Assembly: GCF_004010195.1 (NCBI RefSeq)
Contig: NC_057720.1
Coordinates: 21,363,882 to 21,427,881 of the forward strand
Source: Chiloscyllium plagiosum
Lineage: Eukaryota
Direction: 5' to 3'
DNA length: 64,000 nucleotides
The translations under genes and the position numbers were made by a program. Below are positions 50,721 through 61,470 of this stretch, in pieces. Under the pieces are notes generated by a model. The model did not search any database and was not told where the DNA came from. It saw nothing but the letters and a program-made list of their open reading frames with translations. Positions within the stretch are counted from its first letter, which is position 1. Every line of letters begins with the position of its first letter.

Positions 50721-51052
50721 CTTCATGTGGAGGCTAGTCAGCAGCTGCTAGAGGATACTGCTGGTCCTGGGCTTGCATTTATGTCTCCTCAGTTTCTCTG
50801 TGTCGACATAACGCTTCAGCCTCAGTGACAATGATCCTTTGCTGTACTTAATACATAGGCCATAGTTCCAACCATCCTGTGTGGAGAATATCAGAAACAA
50901 AACACATTCTAAGTAATGTGAGTAGTCAGCATTCATTTCACACTTACTACGGTTTAGTATAGTGCTCCACACAGTGAAACATTGAGGAGTCCAGTAAGGA
51001 CATTCATGGAATGCCTCAATGCATGTTTGATATTGAGGAACTCATATTGTTC

Positions 51053-51406
51053 AGTTTATAAAATCATGAATATAGATAGGTTTAATGATAGCTGCCTTTT
51101 CCCTAAAATGGGAGATTTCAAGACCGGGGGCATATTTTTAAGGTGAGAGGAGAGAGATTTTAAAAAGACGTGAGGGGCAAATGTTTTATACAGAGGGTGG
51201 TTCGCTTGTGGAATGAACTTCCTGAAGAAGTGGTGGATGTACAATTATAACTTTTAAAAGGTTTTTGGGTAAGTACATGAAAAGGAAAGGCTTGGAGTGA
51301 TTTGGGCCAGGAGCAGGCAGGTGGTGCCAGTTTAAACTGGAAACATGGTGGGCACGGACACGTTAGACTGAAGGGTGTTTCTGTGCTGTTTGACTCTATG
51401 ACTCTG
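51053..51406 (+). mobile_element. CR1 3' end
   Basis: FYTEGGSLVE / WNELPEEVV region and tail GACTCTATGACTCT. Confidence 0.88.
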
Positions 51407-51796
51407 TAAGTAGCTCTCACTGTTTAGAGCAATGCAGTAGGCGGCTAAGTATGGTCGGATGACTGAAGCATTGTCTCTCCACCCCAACAGTTCACATCAT
51501 CCAAAAAGGCAGCATTATCTAGAAGACAGTGTGGTCAAATACTTACAATCCGAAGTGAGAACAAATCAGCTCTGTGCTCTTATGTAATCTATGGGTTCTT
51601 GGATTGCCTTTGCGAATTGTGGCTTGCAGGTGAGATCTTTAAGGTCATCTGTGAATCATCAGCTTCACAAAGATAATTATGATCAATCTGTAATGATCAA
51701 TGACACGCCCAACATTGCTTGCAACCAGGATTTGTGTCCGACACATTAGAAATAGCCTACATTTCCCATGCAGGATACTAGGATAGCACAGATGTA

Positions 51797-51878
51797 AGAA
51801 GGGCTTATGCCCGAAACGTCGATTCTCCTGTTCCCTGGATGCTGCCTGACCTGCTGCGCTTTTCCAGCAACACATTTC
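51797..51878 (+). mobile_element. 82-bp Penelope pseudo-LTR insertion (P1), perfect 13-bp TSD
   Basis: TAGCACAGATGTA at 51784-51796 and 51879-51891. The insert starts inside the hammerhead core. Confidence 0.88.
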
Positions 51879-51941
51879 TAGCACAGATGTACTCAAACTG
51901 CACTGTGTGAGCGCCTGAAAAACGCAATTGTCCCTTCAAGG

Positions 51942-52597
51942 TGCTATGGACTAGGCCAGACCACTCAAAACATTCTTAAGCAGGTAGCCCAGACCGTAAC
52001 TTTGAAATTTGTTTCAGTAAGTGAACAGTGAAAATTACCTGCAGTAAGTCAGCTAAGTTGACGACTAGGTTTTAAAGCAGACAAAAATTTATTCACAAAA
52101 TTACACAATGAAACACAAAAAACAGAATAAAGAACCCCTACAGAACTCAGTCTATCCAAACTAGACTCAAGTATGCTGTTCCAAATATACACAACAGTCC
52201 CAATAAGCAAACCCTTTAAACACAGTAAAAATGAAACAAAAGCCTACAGGTAAAAGTTAGAAGGGCAGAAGGAGAGAGAGTCTAGCAGCCTGTTTCCACA
52301 CAGTCCACAGCTGAACTCCCTAACTAGTTCTGGACTGAACTGCTCAGCTTAACTTCAGTTTCCAGGACTGGCCACTCCCCTTTCATTATACAGGTCACTT
52401 CTAAACATAAAGGCTTTGGCCTAAAGTCTCAACTGTTTAGGCATAAACAAAAAGACCTCTCAATAACTTTTTATCTCTGTACCAAACCCAGCCATTTCAG
52501 AGCCTGAAGTGTTTTATGACCTCTCTGAAAAAATCAAGGACACGGTATCCTTGAGAAAAGGAACAGTTTTTAGGGAAAAAAGACCAGCTTTGTGTCA
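51942..52597 (-). mobile_element. Solo LTR (656 bp) with 4-bp TSD
   Basis: TG...CA termini and AAGG at 51938-51941 and 52598-52601. Orientation is tentative, from AATAAA on the minus strand near 52090. Confidence 0.75.
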
Positions 52598-52972
52598 AAG
52601 GGCCTCACATTGCTCACAAGTTGAGTCCATGTGCTCAGACAGAATTAAAAACCATTTATTCCACCCTCTCTGTGTGTGGTCACAGCCATTTTCTATTTCC
52701 ATTTCCAGTTCATGATTCTCATAAGAATGATTGCAATGTAGGTCGCACTTTGGAAAGCGTAGGCTCAGTCTTGTAATCAAGCCAGCCCCACCGTCACTGA
52801 ACCTCCATGTATCATTTCTCCTTGCACTTCCTATCAACACCATCTGTATTGAGCTTCCATATGTTCCCACCCAACTCTTTGATTTATGTCTTCTGCCCTC
52901 AACATTATCCCTGAATCCTGGCTCTATAGCTCATCCATGCTGACCATTGTGTAGGACTGTCCCTATTGAAGC

Positions 52973-53360
52973 TTAAAAATGTGTTGCTGGAAAAGCGCAG
53001 CAGGTCAGGCAGCATCAAAGGAGAAGGAGAATCGACGTTTCGGGCATAAGCCCTTCTTCAGGAATGAGGAGGGTGCCTGACCTGCTGCACTTTTCCAGCA
53101 ACACATTTTTAAGCTCTGATCCCCAGCATCTGCAGTCCTCAATTTCTCCTAGTTGATTTTAACCTACTGCGAATTCTTTTGCAAGGATGCCTTCCTTGAA
53201 GAAGCTCTCCTCCTCCCTCACACCCTCCTCATTCCTGAAGAAGGGCTTATGCCTGAAACGTCGATTCTCCTTCTCCTTTGATGCTGCCTGACCTGCTGTG
53301 CTTTTCCAGCAACACATTTTTAAGCTCTCATCCCCAGCATCTGCAGTCCTCATTTTCTCC
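52973..53360. mobile_element. Composite Penelope pseudo-LTR insertion (inverted copy plus two tandem sense pieces), 16-bp TSD
   Basis: CTGTCCCTATT(G/T)AAGC at 52957-52972 and 53361-53376. Hammerhead cores at 53034-53061 (minus) and 53235-53262 (plus). Confidence 0.88.
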
Positions 53361-54079
53361 CTGTCCCTATTTAAGCCAGGGTGATGGCGACCATTGATAA
53401 ACCTCTCTGCCATTCCTACAGTAACCTTTATCCTCCAAAGCACAGTCATCTTAGATGGTAGGTTGCCCCATGCTGCCTCCAATCTCCACAATTGACTTTC
53501 CCAACTTCCCATTAAAGAAGTGGTCTCTGGTAACACCCTTTGACTTTAATTCAGCAGAAACCCCTGACCCAGAAGCACCCTCCTGACTTAGACAGATAGC
53601 CTCTGACTGATGACAGACCAGACTCCTGACTGATCTCTGTACAGCTCTCCAACTGATGATCTGTGAATTGATGGATTGGTTGTACTGGACCTGCAAGACC
53701 TAGTGTGGCTCACTCCCCTGATGTAGAGATTTGGAAGCCTGACCCTGCCTGCCTCAAGTGGTCGACTGACCATGACCAAACTCCCAGGACTGACACGAGA
53801 TTCTGTCCTTCACGAACTGGGCCAACATTGCTGACTGAAGGCTGTCTCTCTTGATGTGAATAAGAACTTTTCCTCTTAGGCTTTGAGATATGGCCACTCA
53901 GTTTAAGCACATGCAGTATTTAAAAGGAAAGGAATATCCTATTAATAAAAGGATATACTGGCTTTGGAGGCAGTTCAAAACAAGTGCATTAGACTGACTC
54001 CTGGGATGAAGGGATAAATGTATCATTCGAATTTAGAAGATTGAGAGATTATTTTATTGAACTGTACAAGATTCTGAGT

Positions 54080-56517
54080 TATGATTTGGAGGTGCTGGTG
54101 TTGGACTGAGGTGTACAAAGTTAAAGATCACACAACACCAAGTTATAGTCCAACAGGTTTATTTACACTCATAGAGTCATAGAGATGTACAGCATGGAAG
54201 CAGACCCTTCGGTTCAACCCGTCCATGCCGACCAGATATCCCAACCCAATCTAATCCCACCTCCCAGCACCCGGCCCATATCCCTCCAAACCCTTCCTAT
54301 TCATTTACCCATTCAAATGCCTCTTAAATGTTGTAATTGTACCAGCTTCCACCATTTCCTCTGGCAGCTCATTCCATACATGCACCACCCTCTGTGTGAA
54401 AAGGTTGCTCCTTAGGTCTCTTTTATATCTTTTCCCTCTCACCCTAAACCTATGCCCTCTAGTTCTGGACTCCCCCACCCCGGGAAAAGACTTGTCTATT
54501 TATCCTATCCATGCCCTTCGTAATTTTGTAAACCTCTATAAGGTCACCCCTCAGCCTCCAACGCTCCAGGGAAAACAGCCCCAGCCTGTTAGCCTCTCCC
54601 TGTAGCTCAAATCCTCCAACCCTGGCAACATCCTTGTAAATCTTTTCTGAACCCTTTCAAGTTTCACAACAACTTTCGATAGGAAGGAGACCAGGATTGC
54701 ATGCAATATTCCAACAGTGACCTCACCAACGTCCTGTACAGCCACAACATGACCTCCCAACTCCTGTATTCAATACTCTGACCAATAAAGGAAAGCATAC
54801 CAAATGCCTTCTTCACTATCCTATCTACCTGTGACTCCACTTTCAAAGAGCTATAAACCTGCACTCCAAGGTCTCTTTGCTTAGCAACACTCCCTAGGAC
54901 CTTACCATTAAGTGTATAAGTCCTGCTAAGATTTGCTTTCCCAAAATGCTGCACCTCGCATTTATCTGAATTAAACTGCATCTGCCACTTCTCAGCCCAT
55001 TGGCCCATCTGGTCCAGATCCTGTTGTAATCTGAGGTAACCCTCTTCGCTGTCCACTACACCTCCAATTTTGGTGTCATCTGCAAACTTACTAACTGTAC
55101 CTCTTATGCTTGCATCCAAATCATTTATGTAAATGACAAAAAGTAGAGGACCCAGCATCGATCCATGTGGCACTCCACTGGTCTCAGGCCTCCAGTCTGA
55201 AAAACAACCCTCCACCACCCTCTGTCTTCTACCTCTGAGCCAGTTCTGTATCCAAATGGCTAGTTCTCCCTGTACTCCGTGAGATCTAACCTTACTAATG
55301 ATGAAGTGAACCCATCTATGTGGCTGTATCTGAGACCTTTTTCCCTTCCTATAACTGCCACTCATAACATACTGTTAATGTTGCAAATTCCTCATTGCTT
55401 CTAACTGTCTCTCCAACTGATCCATTCAATCTGATAAGATTCGCAACCAACAGCATTTATGGCAGTTATAATCCGCAGTAACCCTTAAATTCTCTTTAAA
55501 CTCCCACATCTGACAAGAAGCACATACCACTCTACTAAAGGCCATTTTTTCTTCTTCACAATCTACAGACCCAGAAAATAACACCATCTTATTTCTCTAC
55601 AAATACTGCCTCAAGGTTAAATTAATAGTTATGGCTTATATTTTAAGTTTAATCAAGGGACATATCTCCAAAAACATATAATCAAGAAAGAGCCCACTCT
55701 ACTCACTACTGCAGACTTTCTGTAGGTCACACTTAAAACAACAATACACTTATCTGCTTCTGTGCTGTAAATTTCACCCAACAGTTCCTCCAAGATCAGT
55801 TGTGAATTTCACTGTTTGTTAATTTTCCCAGACCCACTCCGATGTCCAGCGATACATGAATTCAGACACCAAAGGCAGTGCCAGTTTCTTTCTCTTTTTC
55901 TCTCCTGCACTGATCTCACCATGTACTTCCTTTGTCTATTCTTCTCCCTTTTGAAAACTGCTGTTGTTTTGAAGTTTTTTGTCCCAAAGTTCCAAAACAA
56001 TGCAACAGCATTTAAAACAATAATTCCTGCTCCTGGAGTTCGAGGAAATCACCTCCAGCACCTGAAATACCTCAAAAAAGGAGCAGCTGTTACAGCCAGA
56101 ATTTTTTCCCGTCCTCCACCTTGGATTCCCCAGAATCCTTTTTGGAAGAACTAGCTTTCAGAGTGCTGTTTCTTCATCAGGTGGATGATAAGCTCTTAAG
56201 ACACAGAATTTATAGCAAAAGTTACAGTGTGATGTAACTGGAATTATGTATTGAAAAAGACCTGGATTATTTGTTAAGTCTCTCATCTCTTAGAATGAAC
56301 ATGTTGGTTTCAGTTCTTTCGTATGTAAATTGTAGAACTTTCTTAAATTTACATTCTCAAGTGAACCTTAACAATTGGTGTCATGTCAGCCTAGATAATG
56401 CATTGAAGGTGTAAGATGCCCTGTGTGAGACTGTCTGTGTCACAATGTTCAGACTGATTCTAATCGAAAAAATGGATTTACAGAATCTTACATGATTCAT
56501 GCAGTTTTTGAGCATTG
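54080..56517 (-). mobile_element. Penelope-like P3 element (54080-54163 plus 56143-56517), 11-bp TSD, split by CR1
   Basis: AGATTCTGAGT at 54069-54079 and 56518-56528. The halves rejoin as CAACAGGTTTATTT|GGAAG..CTAGCTTTC, matching the antisense of 9319-9355. Hammerhead motif at 56152-56180. Confidence 0.8.
54164..56142 (-). mobile_element. CR1/HER1-like element retaining presumed 5' UTR, ORF1 N-terminus and 3' end, with a large internal deletion
   Basis: ATG at 55545 gives MAFSRVVCASCQMWEF..YNCHKC..LERQLEAM (CxxC..CxxC plus leucine zipper, two stops), in frame with RT ..SGVPHGSMLGPLLFVIYINDL..KFADDTK. (ATGACTCT)n tail at 54168-54185. Confidence 0.9.
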
Positions 56518-57099
56518 AGATTCTGAGTGGGCTTGACAAGGTAGATATTGAGAAGATGTGAAGAAATCTCAAGCTCGGGGATACAGTTACAGAATAAAGA
56601 GGCATTGATTTAAAATTGAATTTCCTCTCTCAGAGGACAGCGAAAGTATGGAATTCTCTACTGAAGAGAGTTGTGGAAGCTAGATCACTGGAAGTATTGA
56701 ACAAGGAGGTAGAAAGAAATTTTGAAATTTCAGGGCATTGACATTGATGATGACTCAGCACGAAAGAGTAGTTGAGGCCTGGACAGATCAGCCATGATTT
56801 TGTGGCATGGCGGGCAGGCTTGAGGGGCTGAATGGCCTTTCCTGCTTCTATTTCTTGAGTTCTTCTGTGAGTTCACCACATACACTGCCAGTTCATGATG
56901 CGGGCATAAGACAGATGTAGCATGGTGACATAAAGAGACATGTCCACTCCTTTGACTGTTCACTGCTGACAACCATGACAAGTCATTTGACTTTGTGTCT
57001 TAACTAAACAGGAAGGCAAACTTCATATCTGTCAAGATTTGAATTCTGAATAAGGCAGGAAAGTGCAAAAATCCAAGGCAGAGATACTGTGTGGCATCT

Positions 57100-57735
57100 A
57101 TGGAGGCACAAAGTGAGTGAACACTAAGAGATCAAGCAAGCCCTGAGATGTACACTGGACCAATCAATGATGTGGTGCATATGCCTGTCCATAATGCCTG
57201 TCCATATGCCTGGCAGCAGCATTACACTGAATGGTGACAGTATGCTCCAAATTGGAGCGTTGAAATGGAGAGCTGTATTTTAAGTGCATCAGAGTCATGC
57301 CACATGATGCAATGAGACTTCTGTGTGTCGGATGCCAACATCAGTGGTTGGGGCGTGAGTATTGCTGACCATAAAATGTAATTTGAGATGCTAGTGACTG
57401 CTATCCATGATGGAGCTCAGAGGAGCAAATGGTGAGCTGGAGCCAGCAAGTGCCCACTTTGACGTTCATGTCAGAAATTGTCACAGTCTAGTTTCTATCT
57501 GACATATGTGAGTTTGGAAACAGCGTATCAATGAAGCAAGATTAGATAGAAATTAGATGCTAATCATGCAAATAGGCCTCTTCCCATTCACGAGAGGGAT
57601 TTTCATATCATTGTTCAAGCTTGATTGCAGAATCTGACCTTCATTTCCCTCATTTCTCATTTCTTTGGAATCTCACCAAACTTTCCCAATTTTTCTACCT
57701 TTGCCCATGTCATTCAGGTCTGGGAAGATTCCATC
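57100..57735. mobile_element. Second copy of the degenerate repeat at 47150-47755
   Basis: Shared colinear motifs, see that entry. Confidence 0.5.
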
Positions 57736-58064
57736 CAAACATTTGTTTAACAACTCTTCTATTTACTAATTCCCCATTAAAATTACTTCTGTCTTTGCCT
57801 GAAGTGCATCTCTTTAATTTTTGCATCCTTGTAGAATACCACTTGCCTGTTTACTCTCATCTTCTATTTTCTCACACTTTTTGGTGATCTTTTGTTGCTT
57901 TTAAAAATTTCCCCAATCTTCCAGCTTCGTACTTTTAAGAAAATATATAAGCTTTTTCTTATAATCTAAAGCTGTTCTTAAGTTCTTTATGAACAATTCA
58001 TTGAGAATTACAACTTCTTTTAAATGATTGTCTTTGCGGATAGCCAGTTGCACAGTTTCACATC

Positions 58065-58283
58065 CAGATAATTTCTTTATAATGCAATGATTATGTTCTT
58101 GTTCAACCCTATGTTACAGAAAAATCGCACTTTTGAAACAGTGCTTAAAGTGTTGGCGATGTAATTGTGTTATAACCAACACATGTTTTAAACGTTTGAG
58201 CTTTAGAAACAGTGTCACCAATTCATCAATTGCGTTACAGCGAATCCGCATTAACGAAATGCCTGTTACAACAGATCAATCTG
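58065..58283. mobile_element. Possible Tc1/mariner (Tigger/pogo-like) MITE
   Basis: Imperfect terminal inverted repeats CAGATAATTTCTTTATAA / TTACAACAGATCAATCTG with internal GTTA(C/T)A repeats. No clear TA duplication. Confidence 0.4.
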
Positions 58284-58879
58284 CAATTCAATTTCCCAAC
58301 TTACCTTAACCAACTTGTTCCTCAAATTTATCTAATGACTTTTATTTAAGTTCAAGACTCGAATTTTAGACTTTAGTACTTTGTTTTCGAACTCAATGTG
58401 GAATTTTGTATAATATGATTACTCTTCCCCAAAGGATTATTGACTATGAAACCACTTATTAACCCTGTACCATCATCACAAGACAAAATCCAAAACTGGC
58501 TGTTCTCTGGTTGATTCCATAAGTTACTTCTCCAACAAACTGCTGTGATCACATTTCCTGAACCCATTCTCCAAACTGTTTCCACTACATTACATCACCA
58601 ATCTATGTGAAGATTAAATTCCCCCACAAAGATTGCACTGCCTTTGTGTCAAGATTTAATTATGGCTTTATTATAATCTGTACAGAAGAATACTTGCTAG
58701 TAGGGATCAATATCTTATTCCCATCAGTTTTTTTTCTGCCACATTATTTTGTATCCCTATTCTTATTGATTTTATATTCTGATTTTCTAAACTAACATCC
58801 ATTTTCAATCCTGTTCTTATGTCATCCTCAATAACAACCCCCCTGCCGACCACATCATGGTAATTTCTATTTTGCTGAA

Positions 58880-59225
58880 GAGGGTGATGGTGATTTTATG
58901 GTAATTTCATTAGATCAGTAATCCAGAGGCTCAGCTAATGCTCTGGGAATATACCATGGCAAATGGTAGAATTACAATTTATTTTAAAAATCTGGAACTA
59001 TTATGCTCATTGATTGTTGTAAAACCTAGCTAGATTGGTAATAGGCTTTTGGGAAGGAAATCTGCCGTCCTTATCCAGTCTAGTCTATTTGTGACTCTGG
59101 GGCCAGAGCAATGTATTGAGTCTCAACTGCCCTCTGGTCTAGCAAACAATTCAGTTCTTTGGCAATAAGGAACGAACAACAAAAGATGGCCATGTCAGTG
59201 GTGTCCACATCCTGTGAAAGCATTT
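58880..59225 (+). mobile_element. SINE family B
   Basis: AGTAATCCAGAGGCTCAGCTAATGCTCTGGG head and GGGAAGGAAATCTGCCGTCCTTA core. Confidence 0.8.
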
Positions 59226-59725
59226 TAAAAATGGGAAAAAAATGAAAGGTGAAGTATCCTGAAATAATTAGTTCTAACCTTAGGTCACCTTATCGTCACT
59301 TCTCTTTAATGGCCATAAGTTCAAGCCAATTTATCTTCAAGGCTGACTTTGTAACAGATTTTTGGTTTAATTACCATTCAATGCATTATCAGTGAATTCG
59401 AAACAGAACAAAACATGAAGCAAGATTCCTTGGCAAAAATCTACCAAAAGAGATCAAGCATGTGAATCATAGAGTCATAGAGATGTACAGCTCGGAAACA
59501 GATCCTTTTGTCCAACTCATCCATGCTTACCAGATATCTCAACCTAATCCAGACCCATTTGCCAACACTTGGCCCATATCCCTCTAAACCCTTCCTATTT
59601 ATATAACGATCCAGATGCCTTTTAAATGTTGTAATTGTACCAGCTACCACCACTTCCCCGGCAGCTCATTCTAAACATGCACCACCCTTTGCGTGAATAC
59701 ATTGCCCCATAGGTCCCTTTTAAGT

Positions 59726-60040
59726 GGGCCGCACGGTGGCACAGTGGTTAGCACTGCTGCCTCGCAGCGCCAGAGACCCGGGTTCAATTCCCGCCTCAGG
59801 CGACTGACTGTGTGGAGTTTGCACGTTCTCCTCGTGTCTGTGTGGGTTTTCTCCGGGTGCTCCGGTTTCCTCCCACAGTCCAAAGATGTGCAGGTCAGGT
59901 GAATTGGCCATGCTAAATTGCCTGTAGTGTTAGGTATAGGGGTAAATGTAGGGGTATGGGTGGGTTGCGCTTCGGCGGGTCGGTGTGCCGAAGGGCCTGT
60001 TTCCACACTGTAATGTAATGTAATCTAATCTAAATCTAAA
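59726..60040 (+). mobile_element. HE1-type V-SINE, young
   Basis: Near-identical to 38136-38455. Confidence 0.95.
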
Positions 60041-60237
60041 AAGTTTTCCCTTCTCATCTTAAACCAATACCCTATAGTTCTGGACTCCCCCATCCCAAGG
60101 AAAAGACTTTGTCTATTTATCCTATCCATGCCCCTTATGATTTTATAAACCTCTATATGGTTACTCTCAGCCTCCAATGCTTCAGGGAAAACAGCCCCAA
60201 CCTATTCAGCTTCTCCCTTTGGCTCAAGCCCTTCTAA

Positions 60238-60608
60238 GGAGAAAGTGAGGACTGCAGATGCTGGAGGGCATAAGCTTATGAACTCATATTTCTCCAGTTT
60301 CCTCATTTCTCCTCCCCCCACCTTGTCTCAGTCAAATCCCTCGAACTCAGCACCGCCTTCCTAACCTGCAATCTTCTTCCTGACCTCTCCGCCCCTACCC
60401 CCACTCTGGCCTATCACCCTCACCTTGACCTCCTTCGACCTATCGCATTTCCAATGCCCCTCCCCCAAGTCCCTCCTCCCTATCTTTTATCTTAGCCTGC
60501 TGGACACACTTTCCTCATTCCTGAAGAAGGGCTCATGCCCGAAACATCGATTCTCCTGCTCCTTGGATGCTGCCTGACCTGCTGCGCTTTTCCAGCAACA
60601 CATTTTCA
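60238..60608 (+). mobile_element. Penelope pseudo-LTR insertion (P1) with inverted 5' tag, perfect 16-bp TSD
   Basis: GCTCAAGCCCTTCTAA at 60222-60237 and 60609-60624. Hammerhead core at 60521-60548, with ACGT changed to ACAT. Confidence 0.88.
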
Positions 60609-60761
60609 GCTCAAGCCCTTCTAACCCTGGCAACCTTCTTGCAAATCTCTTTGAACTCTTTTTGAGTTTCACAACATCCTTCCAATTGGAGGGAAACCAG
60701 AATTGCACACAATATTCCAAAAGTGGCCTAACCAATGTTGTGTACAGCTGGGTGGCAAGCT

Positions 60762-61470
60762 AATAGAGTCATAGAGATGTACAGCATGGAAACAGACCCT
60801 TCTGTCCAACCCATCCATGCTGACCAGCTATCCCAACCCAATCTAGTCCCATCTTCCAGCACCCGACCTATATCCCTCCAAACCCTTCCTATTCATATAC
60901 CAATCCCAATGCCTCTTAAATGTTGCAATTGTACCAGCTTCCACCACTTCCTACGGAAGCTCATTCCATACCTGTACCACCCTCTGCATGAAAAATTTGT
61001 CCTGTAGGTCTCTTTTATATCTTTCCCCTCACCCTAAACCTATGCCCGCTAGTTCTGGACTCCCCCACCCCAGGGAAAAGATTTTGCCTATTTATCCTAT
61101 CCATGCCCCTCATAATTTTGTAAACCTCTATAAGGTCACCCCTCAGCTCCGACGCTCCAGGGAAAACAGTCCCGCCTGTTAAGCCTCTCCCTATAGCTCA
61201 AATCCTCCAACCTTGGCAACATCCTAGTAAATCTCTTCTGAACGCTTTCAAGTTTCACAACATCTTTCCGATAGGAAGGAGATCAGAACTACATGCAATA
61301 TTCCAACAGTGGCCTAACCAATGTTCTATACAGCCACAACATAACCTCCCAACTCCTGTACTCAATACTCTGACCAATAGAGGAAAGCTTACCAAACACC
61401 TTCTTCACTATCTTATCTACCTGCGACTCTACTTTCAAGGAGCTACGAACCTGCACTCCAAGGTGTCTTT
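60762..61470 (-). mobile_element. CR1/HER1-like 3' end
   Basis: Closely similar to 54168-54875. Confidence 0.92.

Larger units (their letters stand above)
53910..56862 (+). mobile_element. Old CR1 3' end (53910-54079 plus 56518-56862) split by nested insertions
   Basis: ALEAVQ..RLTPGMKG..IELYKILS continues as ILSGLDKVD..WNSL after the duplication AGATTCTGAGT. Confidence 0.8.
59465..60749 (-). mobile_element. CR1/HER1-like 3' end hosting an HE1 SINE and a Penelope insertion
   Basis: VRPLLEYCVQFWFP, GNVFTQRVVHV and ATCATAGAGTCATAGAG tail. Confidence 0.9.
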
